DNA of 47,447 nucleotides from a virus: IMG/VR virus record IMGVR_UViG_3300045988_093480, positions 1 to 47,447 of that record; one strand, 5' to 3'. Shown piece by piece: positions 1 to 7,272 of this stretch (position 1 is its first letter; each line of letters starts with the position of its first letter). The notes under the pieces were generated by a model. It saw only the letters and a program-made list of their open reading frames with translations, ran no database searches and was not told where the DNA came from. The position numbers and the translations under genes were made by a program.

Positions 1-99
1 AATAAATAATATAGATAAACATCAGGGCAGTTTTACTAGCTGCTCTTTTTTTATAAGGAGGGTTACCAATGAAAAAAATTTTAAGTAGTTTTATACGTA
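1..99. repeat. Terminal direct repeat, identical to 47349..47447 (circular-assembly overlap)
   Basis: The 99 bases are repeated exactly at the other end of the window. The repeat includes the int RBS and the first 31 nt of int coding sequence. Confidence 0.95.
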
Positions 100-1196
100 A
101 AAGAAATGACAAATATTATGTATATGTAGAATATATAGATGAAGTTGGCAAAAAGAAACAAAAGTCGCAAGGTAGTTTTATAAATAAAAAAGATGCAGAT
201 AAAAAATTAATAGAAGTTAAAAATAGTATAAATAATGATATTTATGCTTTGCCGAGTAACATTTCTTTTACAAATCGCTGTTATCGATATTACGATAGCA
301 AGTTAGGAATATCTGAAAATACCATTGCTTGTGCGAAAAGTATCGTAAAAAAACATGTCGAACCTTATTGGGGAAACACGAAATTAAGCGACATAACTGT
401 AAATAAATATCAAACATTTGTTAATTATGTGTTTCAAAAAGATTTAGCTTATCGTTCAAAACGAAAAATAATGCAATTATGCAATGCTGTGCTAAATGAA
501 GCATACAGATTACAAGAGATAAATAAAAAGATTACTGATTTTATTATCCTTCCAAAGAATAATAAAACACACGAAGAAGAAATATATTCGATAGAAGAAA
601 TAAAACAGATACTAAACGCTTTAGAAAGTGAAAGTATATATTTTCAAAATGCTATAAAGCTTTTAATCTATGGAGGTCTAAGACGCGGTGAGGTTTTAGG
701 TTTAACATGGGATTGTGTAGACTTTGAAAATAAAACTATAAAAATTCAATATAATTTACAATACATAGAAGGTAAATATATCATGAAGCAACCAAAGAGC
801 AAATCATCAATAAGAAAAATTTCTCTGCCAGATCATGTTTTTGACATGCTAAAAAAAGAGAAATTAAGACAAAATAAATTAAAGTTACAAGGTTTAATGA
901 AAGAAAAAGAATATGACACAGTATGCATAAACAGCAATAACAATTATTATAATCCGTACAATTTAGATATTACTTTTAAACGATTTATTAAAAGAATTGG
1001 GCTTGAATTTAAAAAGCTACATGCATTAAGACATTCTCATGTTTCTATGTTAGTTGCATCTGGTGTAGATGTAAAAACAATATCAGAACGCGTGGGTCAT
1101 TCCGACATATCTATTACATTAAAAATCTACGCGCACGCTTTTAAGGAAAATGATAAGATAGCAGTTGACAAAATTGACAATATACTAAGTCAGTAA
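69..1196 (+). CDS. int: Tyrosine recombinase (phage integrase)
   Basis: 375-aa ORF with RBS AAGGAGGG upstream. Catalytic signature present: GGLRRGE, HALRHSH and GHSDISITLKIYAH (R..HxxR..H..Y). Confidence 0.95.
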   Translation: MKKILSSFIRKRNDKYYVYVEYIDEVGKKKQKSQGSFINKKDADKKLIEVKNSINNDIYALPSNISFTNRCYRYYDSKLGISENTIACAKSIVKKHVEPYWGNTKLSDITVNKYQTFVNYVFQKDLAYRSKRKIMQLCNAVLNEAYRLQEINKKITDFIILPKNNKTHEEEIYSIEEIKQILNALESESIYFQNAIKLLIYGGLRRGEVLGLTWDCVDFENKTIKIQYNLQYIEGKYIMKQPKSKSSIRKISLPDHVFDMLKKEKLRQNKLKLQGLMKEKEYDTVCINSNNNYYNPYNLDITFKRFIKRIGLEFKKLHALRHSHVSMLVASGVDVKTISERVGHSDISITLKIYAHAFKENDKIAVDKIDNILSQ

Positions 1197-1423
1197 ATTG
1201 TCAGTTTTGTCAGTAAAAACTTAACTGGTCAGTAAATTGTCAGTAAGTTATTTGAAAATAAATAAATCAAAAAACACTGATATTTAAACATTGTAAACCG
1301 ATTTAAATACTAATAAATCATATTTAATATATCTAGTAACTATATTATATTAAACTTATAGTATTAGCCATACCAACGTTTTAACAAAATTTTAAATTAA
1401 AATGTCAGTAAAAATGTCAGTAA
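1189..1423 (+). repeat. Field of direct GTCAGTAA(A/G) repeats; putative integrase arm-type sites / attP region
   Basis: Copies start at 1189, 1209, 1228, 1239, 1404 and 1415, with a degenerate copy at 1200. They flank an AT-rich segment containing the inverted repeat TATTTAAA..TTTAAATA (1281..1309). Confidence 0.5.
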
Positions 1424-1456
1424 AATTAACTTATCCACATTTATTATAACACATTA

Positions 1457-1485
1457 AAGGCTAGAGAATTCATTTCTCCAGCCTT
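1457..1485. terminator. Bidirectional intrinsic terminator
   Basis: 12-bp stem AAGGCTAGAGAA/TTCTCCAGCCTT (one G-U pair) with a T-rich tract on the plus strand. It lies between the int side and the convergent small ORF. Confidence 0.6.
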
Positions 1486-1530
1486 ATTATTTATTTATTA
1501 TCTTCTGAGATATACTCCCCTAGCCTGCCA

Positions 1531-1614
1531 TTACATCATTATCAATATAGCACTTGCTACTCCAATTCCTAGATATGCAATGCGCCCTGTTACTTCCAAT
1601 GCTAGTTTTTTCAT
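1531..1614 (-). CDS. 27-aa hydrophobic peptide MKKLALEVTGRIAYLGIGVASAILIMM (candidate small membrane toxin / type I toxin-like)
   Basis: Too short for the ORF track. RBS AGGAGG 8 nt upstream of the ATG. Own promoter TTGAAA(1685..1690)-18 nt-TATAAA(1661..1666). Terminator 1457..1485 downstream. Confidence 0.5.
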   Translation of the reverse strand: MKKLALEVTGRIAYLGIGVASAILIMM

Positions 1615-1660
1615 AGCCAATACCTCCTGTTTATTAAGAGCATCGACCTTATATGGAATA

Positions 1661-1725
1661 TTTATACAAATTTTAGAAAAATTTTTTCAAATTCGCTTGA
1701 CTATTGGTAACCAATAGTATATTAT
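1661..1725. promoter_or_regulatory. Back-to-back divergent promoters with an operator palindrome
   Basis: Plus strand: TTGACT (1697..1702), 17-nt spacer, TATTAT (1720..1725). The spacer contains the perfect palindrome ATTGGT-A-ACCAAT (1703..1715). Minus-strand promoter as described for the 27-aa ORF. Confidence 0.5.
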
Positions 1726-1762
1726 ATAAGTATAATAAATAATAAGAAAGGGGTTAAGAAAG

Positions 1763-2215
1763 ATGAAAAGAAATTTAATGAAAGAAGCTCATAAAATGAC
1801 AAAAGAAATAAAAGAACAATATCCAGAAGTAGATTATCAAGCTCAATTAGGTTTATGCTTATCTTTCTTAGCTCAAGAGAGTAAAAAGGAAGGGGAAAAG
1901 AAAATGACAATAATAAATAGAAAAAAATTCTTTAATGAGGTTAATAAATGGGATATATATAAATATCTAGAAAATAACTTTACAAAAGAAATTACACATC
2001 ATTCAGCAGACGTAGGAAAAAATATATATGAAGTAAGATTTTATTTAGACGAAACTAAAAAACATATATTTTTACATTGTTACCATGATGAAGACGGTTG
2101 GAGAGATTTCGATTATTTTGTAGGGGGTTTATTAAGATTTGTAAAAGAAAGTGAAGAAAATAAAGAAAAAGCAACTGAAATGTTTAGATATTTCGATTGT
2201 GTTGAATCAGAGTAA
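1763..2215 (+). CDS. Hypothetical moron protein (150 aa) with a possible nested in-frame start at 1904
   Basis: ORF with RBS AAAGGGG. An internal ATG at 1904 is preceded by GGAAGGGG. No recognisable catalytic motif. Confidence 0.7.
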   Translation: MKRNLMKEAHKMTKEIKEQYPEVDYQAQLGLCLSFLAQESKKEGEKKMTIINRKKFFNEVNKWDIYKYLENNFTKEITHHSADVGKNIYEVRFYLDETKKHIFLHCYHDEDGWRDFDYFVGGLLRFVKESEENKEKATEMFRYFDCVESE

Positions 2216-2227
2216 AGGAGAAATAAC

Positions 2228-2425
2228 ATGGAACAAAGACAATTAAAAGTGAGTTGTTGTAAAGCTGGAGGCAATGCAAGTAAAAATGCATTGTCTTACA
2301 AGTTAACTCTTCCAGTAGCATGGATTAAAGAAATGGGTATTAGTCCAGAAGATAGGGAAATAACAGCTACTTTTGAAAATAATAAAATTATAATAGAAAA
2401 GGGGAATAAAAATGAAAGCTTATAA
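2228..2425 (+). CDS. AbrB/SpoVT/MazE-like small DNA-binding protein
   Basis: 65 aa with RBS AAGGAG. The segment SYKLTLPVAWIKEMGI...ITATFENNKIIIEK resembles the swapped-hairpin AbrB fold signature. Confidence 0.6.
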   Translation: MEQRQLKVSCCKAGGNASKNALSYKLTLPVAWIKEMGISPEDREITATFENNKIIIEKGNKNESL

Positions 2426-2666
2426 AACAAGAACTTGGAATGATTACAAAATCTTAAAGGAGGATTCTATCAACACAGTTGATGTAAGTGAAATAGCAGA
2501 AGTAAAATTAGCTGAAAAAAATGGGGAACAATATATATTTGGAATAACAAATCATATAGATGATATATGGTGGCAAGGGTTCAAATTAGAATATGAATAC
2601 GATGGTAGAGATTTATTCGAGTTATATCATCTATATAGAGAAGATTATATAATAAATAATCGTTAA
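2412..2666 (+). CDS. Hypothetical 84-aa protein, translationally coupled to the AbrB-like gene
   Basis: Overlaps the upstream ORF by 14 nt. RBS AAGGGG. No family recognised. Confidence 0.65.
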   Translation: MKAYKTRTWNDYKILKEDSINTVDVSEIAEVKLAEKNGEQYIFGITNHIDDIWWQGFKLEYEYDGRDLFELYHLYREDYIINNR

Positions 2667-2687
2667 TTAATTTTAATTAAAATAAAA

Positions 2688-2714
2688 AGGACTAGAGTTA
2701 TTCTAGTCCTTTTC
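2688..2714. terminator. Intrinsic terminator of the moron operon
   Basis: 9-bp stem AGGACTAGA/TCTAGTCCT flanked by an A-run and a T-run. Confidence 0.7.
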
Positions 2715-2807
2715 TGCAAGCAATTTTATAATTACATATATTAAGTTTTAATCCTTGTTTTAATGGATATTGCTTGCTCTTATATTATAGCACATATTAA
2801 AAATAGA

Positions 2808-2841
2808 AGCTAGAAGATCTCTATACCTTCTAGCTATTTTT
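2808..2841. terminator. Bidirectional terminator (end of lysis operon / second moron terminator)
   Basis: 9-bp stem AGCTAGAAG/CTTCTAGCT with T-rich tracts on both strands. Confidence 0.6.
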
Positions 2842-2905
2842 ATGGCCAGAGCTCCTATGTCTCTAAATTTTTACAAGGCTCATACGTCCTTAATATATTA
2901 TAATA

Positions 2906-3670
2906 TTATTTTTCAAATACTTCTACATATTTTGGTGAAGCTGTTATATATACTCCTGATTTTAGTTTATACATATCTGTTCCAGTTCTTTTTATAGTTT
3001 CTACTACAGTATAAGCTCCACCAGCAGTAACTTTACCTATTACATTAGCAGCATCAAAATCTGGTTTGCTATGTATATTTATATCTTGCAATATTCTAAC
3101 ATACTTCGTTTTATTAGCTTCTTCTTTAGAGTTTAATTGAACTAAAAACCAATTCCAAGTTAAACCAGAATACTTTTTAGTTATCATATAAGAAGGACAT
3201 ATTTTTCTAGTCCAATCATAATGTCTTTTTACTTTTTTTACTGTTGTTATTTCTGATTTTAATATTTTTACAAGTTCTGCAGCATTTAAATATGCTTGTT
3301 TTTGCAGTTCTCTATTATTTTCATATTGGCATATCTCTATTCCTATTGATGTTGCATTACCTTCTTTGCATCCAGCATGCCAGCAAGTTCTGTATAAATT
3401 TACAATTTGTCTTACTGTATAAGCATCTACACAAAGTTGGAAACTAGCTTGAGGTTTTCTGTTTAAATCATTTTGGCCATTTTTAACACTTAAATAAAAT
3501 TGTGTAGCTGGTATACCAGGACAGTCTGTCTCATGTATTGTTATGCTAGTTGGTGTAAAAGCTTCGTATGGTACCATATGTCCCTTTTTTAGTAAATTCG
3601 TAGATATTACTTTAGCTTTTCCTATAGTTATCCCATTTTTCAATACACCATTTTCTATATATTTAGTCAT
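2906..3670 (-). CDS. Endolysin: N-acetylmuramoyl-L-alanine amidase (Amidase_2/PGRP type) with C-terminal SH3b-like wall-binding domain
   Basis: Motifs ITIHETD, WHAGC and RHYDWTRKICP (Zn ligands). C-terminal ~70 aa are SH3-like. Last gene of the lysis cassette. Confidence 0.9.
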   Translation of the reverse strand: MTKYIENGVLKNGITIGKAKVISTNLLKKGHMVPYEAFTPTSITIHETDCPGIPATQFYLSVKNGQNDLNRKPQASFQLCVDAYTVRQIVNLYRTCWHAGCKEGNATSIGIEICQYENNRELQKQAYLNAAELVKILKSEITTVKKVKRHYDWTRKICPSYMITKKYSGLTWNWFLVQLNSKEEANKTKYVRILQDINIHSKPDFDAANVIGKVTAGGAYTVVETIKRTGTDMYKLKSGVYITASPKYVEVFEK

Positions 3671-3774
3671 ATTATCAAATCCTTTTCTGAAAATAAAAGA
3701 TGCTTAAAAAATTGACCTTCTTATCGACCTCCTAAGCACCTTACAGTTATCTTATAAAGTATTTATATCTATTC

Positions 3775-3972
3775 TTATTCTCCAAATCCATCAGTTTTAA
3801 AGTCTGTAATTATACCCATACCTACTAGTATAGTTAAAACTGAATTAACAGAATCTTGGAAGTTATTAGGTAAAAAATCTAATCCAAATTGTTGAGCTGT
3901 TAACACTAATAATGCTGTTATAGATAACCAAAAACTTTTGTTTTTTATTTGTTCTTTGATATTAAATTTCAT
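3775..3972 (-). CDS. Holin
   Basis: 65 aa with two hydrophobic segments, immediately upstream of the endolysin. Confidence 0.8.
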   Translation of the reverse strand: MKFNIKEQIKNKSFWLSITALLVLTAQQFGLDFLPNNFQDSVNSVLTILVGMGIITDFKTDGFGE

Positions 3973-3986
3973 CTTATTACCTCCTA

Positions 3987-4220
3987 TTAATTAAATAAAT
4001 TATTTTGTATTGCATAAAAGAAAAAACTAACTAGAGCTGTTATAATTGCATAAGTTAGTTTGTTTAAGTTGCTTGCTAATTTGTCTATGGTATTGCATAG
4101 ATTTTCTATTTTTACTGCCATTTCAGACTGTGTATTTTCTAGTTTGTCTATTCTTTCAGAATGTCTTTGCAGCCTTTCGTCGTGTCTCTTTAGTGTGTCT
4201 TTTAACCATTCATCATTCAT
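3987..4220 (-). CDS. xhlA: XhlA-like haemolysin/lysis accessory protein
   Basis: 77 aa: coiled-coil N-terminus plus a single C-terminal TM segment, positioned before the holin as in the PBSX-type xhlA-xhlB-xlyA order. Confidence 0.7.
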   Translation of the reverse strand: MNDEWLKDTLKRHDERLQRHSERIDKLENTQSEMAVKIENLCNTIDKLASNLNKLTYAIITALVSFFFYAIQNNLFN

Positions 4221-4240
4221 GCAAAATTCCTTTCTTATAT

Positions 4241-4271
4241 AAAAAAGGACTGTACCGCTACAGTCCTTTTT
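4241..4271. terminator. Bidirectional intrinsic terminator between tail and lysis genes
   Basis: AAAAA-AGGACTGTA-ccgc-TACAGTCCT-TTTTT. Confidence 0.75.
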
Positions 4272-4459
4272 AAAATAGATTTAGTTTTTTAATTATATAT
4301 AGTTTTTATTCTTGTATTCTCACATTTTACATCTTTTTCACCCCCCTTACAGTTATTATACTATAAGATGATTTAAATACCATTTTTACTTTGTATTTAC
4401 TTAACATTTACTTGGTAAAATACTTAGCAAATTAGTTCACAATATTTTTAAATTGCGAA

Positions 4460-7258
4460 CTAACCTTCATATCTTGTTTTTTTATACATATAGTTATTTG
4501 TTCTTTCTTCATCTGTTAATGCTTTATTGTAAAATCTTATGGACATTAAATTTTGTCTTGAGAAAAAATCAGCTGTAGACATTCTTTTATCCCATGTTGA
4601 AAAATCACTTTTTGCAGAAACTTCTTGTTTTAATTCGTTATTTATCCATACTTTATATGAACCATCTACGTTAAGTTGAACAACGTATTGACAGAAATTG
4701 TTCAATAATGGAGTAAAATCACACACAGTAACAGCATTATAATCATATCCACTTGTATTTTTCGCGTATAAAGGTTGTGCTCTATTATAAAATCTAGTCG
4801 AACTTCCTCCATTATTATAAAACAATAAGAAACATTGGTTATCACCAACAGCAGTAATATATGCATTAATTTCAAATGTTATTGGTTTATTATAATCAAA
4901 AACAACTTGATTTTTATTTATAACAAAATGATTGGCAGAATTATTAGAATCACGATAATTATTAACAATTGAAGGGAAAGTTGTAACCAAATCACGTTTT
5001 GAATTGTCACCTTGTCTATAATATGCTTTAATACCAGATGTTTTATCTACAACCTCCATTGTAGTTGTATTACATTTACTATTATCAAGTAAATCATAAT
5101 CTAAAATTAAACCATCAGTTGTATATACATATACCCCAGGTGTATCTGGTGTTATAGTTCCTCCACTTTTAATAGCATCATTAACCTTTTGAATTATTCG
5201 TGCTTCTAAAGAATTTAATTTATTATCAATTTTTAATCCAGTATATGGAAAAAATTTAGAACTAATGTTATCTAAAGGTTTATAATTTAATCCATATAAA
5301 GACCCTCTTATAAAGAAATGATTTGTTTTTTCTTCTGTTCCATTATTAATTCTATCAAAATATACAAGTAACATATTTCCATCTTTATCGAGCGCAACAC
5401 ATGGTGAATGAAAATCCCTAGATGATTGTTTAACAGAAGGGGCGGCATTTGAATAAATAATTATACCATTGTTTGTAAAATTATCATTTAATGCATTTTC
5501 TATAGTTGCGGTATAATGTGTTATAGCCCCACATTTTCCAGTATTAGTATAATCACTATTAACATAAGTGTCATTCGTATAATACCATCTACTACAAGCA
5601 AATATTTCTACAACATCATCGTGTGCTATTGCAGTACAATTAGATGCATTCATATTATCTATAGTACTAGATTCTACCCAAGCACTCCAAGTAGTACCAT
5701 TATCTGTGGAATATGAAATTATTGCGTGGTCAGAAGGCCCACTATAATTAGTTGCATTTGGGTCATAACCACCACTTCCTTGCATATTTTTTCTAGCAAT
5801 ACACATTAATTTATTATTACCCAATTCAAGGATATATCCTTCGGCATTATAATCACCAGGAGTTCCAGAAGGGATTACGTTTGTCCAAGTTACACCCGTA
5901 TCGTCAGAATAATAAAATCCTTTATTTTTCTTGTCTATTGTTATTATAAGTCTACCATTTTGTAATTCAAATATATTCCAAGGATTATATGAATATCCAG
6001 TAGTCGTAGATTGTTTAATCCATGTGACTCCATTATCAGTAGATGTAAATTTATAATATACATTATTAATATCTCTTATCATAAAATAAGTACCGTCATT
6101 TAATATTTTATAACAGCAAGTGCCAACCATAGTTGGAGTTATATCAGTAACCCCATCACTGTCTAAAAATTTAATTTTAACAGGTTCAGTTGATTCGAAT
6201 GTATAGGGGTCAATAACGATTTGATATATACATTTAACTGTGGCATTAACATGTTTATCTGCACAAAATGCTAACATAACATATTTATCTAATTTTTTAT
6301 CGTATCTTAAATCCCCAGGACACCAAGCAACATAGTCATTTCCACCAGGTTGAGCATATAATTCCCCTAAAAACTCTGTCTTATAAAATACAGGAACAGA
6401 ATTTCCACCAGTACCACTATCTCCTTTGTTCCCATTCTTAACGTTTAGAACATTTCCGTCAGAAAATGTAACTACATTATTCCCACCATCTTCTGCACTT
6501 TCTACAATAGATGAAATTGTAACAGATGTACCTGGGTCACCCTTTTCTCCACTAGATGTAGGTAAATCTGTTCCTTTGTCTAATTTAGTTCCATCAGGTT
6601 TAACTAGATATATTTTATTCCCTTCAACTATAGTTTTTTTCGCAATATCTTTATATTGTGTACTATTTTTTTCTATTCCTTCTTCTATTTTATTTAATCT
6701 TTCGACACTAATTTTATCCCCTTTTACCCATGTAGTTTTAACATATTTTCCGTCATCATCCACTACGATTAATTGTTCATTTTCTTGTGTTGCTATTGCC
6801 AAATCTACCACCGCCTGATTAACAACATTTACATTTCCTGATAATGTTCCAATTGAAGTTGTACAAGGTCTTTCTTGAACATGAAATTGGCCTTTTATCT
6901 TAGGTATTGTTACTGCGCCTTCATTGTCATCAAATAAGTCAAATACTAAGTCAAAATCCCCTACCTCAACTTCTTCATCTATTAGATCTTCTGTTACTTT
7001 CAAATGAATTAAACCATCTTCTACTGGAGCTATAGCATTTGCAACTTCAACTCCATTAGGTTTTATAACAGTAATTGCTGCATAAATTGCATTTGAACTT
7101 TCTAACAAGTTTTCATTTTCTTTTGAAAAGGTAAATCGAGCACCTTTTATAGAGAAATAATAATGTATATTTCTATTGCCTCTAAATAAGAAAATATCTT
7201 TATTTAATTTTGCTTTGTTATCACTTACTGATACTTCATAGTTATATTTAATAGGCAA
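4460..7258 (-). CDS. Baseplate/receptor-binding protein: BppU-like N-terminus, BNR/sialidase-like propeller, LamG-like C-terminus
   Basis: Probable TTG start at 7258, 6 nt after AGGAGGGG; the track start at 7315 overlaps the upstream gene. Three Asp-boxes: STDNGVTW, SDDTGVTW, STDNGTTW. C-terminal IRFYNKALTDEE matches the LamG_3-type motif. Confidence 0.8.
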   Translation of the reverse strand: MPIKYNYEVSVSDNKAKLNKDIFLFRGNRNIHYYFSIKGARFTFSKENENLLESSNAIYAAITVIKPNGVEVANAIAPVEDGLIHLKVTEDLIDEEVEVGDFDLVFDLFDDNEGAVTIPKIKGQFHVQERPCTTSIGTLSGNVNVVNQAVVDLAIATQENEQLIVVDDDGKYVKTTWVKGDKISVERLNKIEEGIEKNSTQYKDIAKKTIVEGNKIYLVKPDGTKLDKGTDLPTSSGEKGDPGTSVTISSIVESAEDGGNNVVTFSDGNVLNVKNGNKGDSGTGGNSVPVFYKTEFLGELYAQPGGNDYVAWCPGDLRYDKKLDKYVMLAFCADKHVNATVKCIYQIVIDPYTFESTEPVKIKFLDSDGVTDITPTMVGTCCYKILNDGTYFMIRDINNVYYKFTSTDNGVTWIKQSTTTGYSYNPWNIFELQNGRLIITIDKKNKGFYYSDDTGVTWTNVIPSGTPGDYNAEGYILELGNNKLMCIARKNMQGSGGYDPNATNYSGPSDHAIISYSTDNGTTWSAWVESSTIDNMNASNCTAIAHDDVVEIFACSRWYYTNDTYVNSDYTNTGKCGAITHYTATIENALNDNFTNNGIIIYSNAAPSVKQSSRDFHSPCVALDKDGNMLLVYFDRINNGTEEKTNHFFIRGSLYGLNYKPLDNISSKFFPYTGLKIDNKLNSLEARIIQKVNDAIKSGGTITPDTPGVYVYTTDGLILDYDLLDNSKCNTTTMEVVDKTSGIKAYYRQGDNSKRDLVTTFPSIVNNYRDSNNSANHFVINKNQVVFDYNKPITFEINAYITAVGDNQCFLLFYNNGGSSTRFYNRAQPLYAKNTSGYDYNAVTVCDFTPLLNNFCQYVVQLNVDGSYKVWINNELKQEVSAKSDFSTWDKRMSTADFFSRQNLMSIRFYNKALTDEERTNNYMYKKTRYEG

Positions 7259-7272
7259 GATAATCCCCTCCT

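Noticed and set aside
1-99. The terminal 99-bp direct repeats as attL/attR or as true phage terminal redundancy.
   Set aside because: The repeat contains the int start codon and RBS, which an att core would not. Its exact length is typical of an assembler overlap. The arm-type repeat field downstream of int is a better attP candidate.
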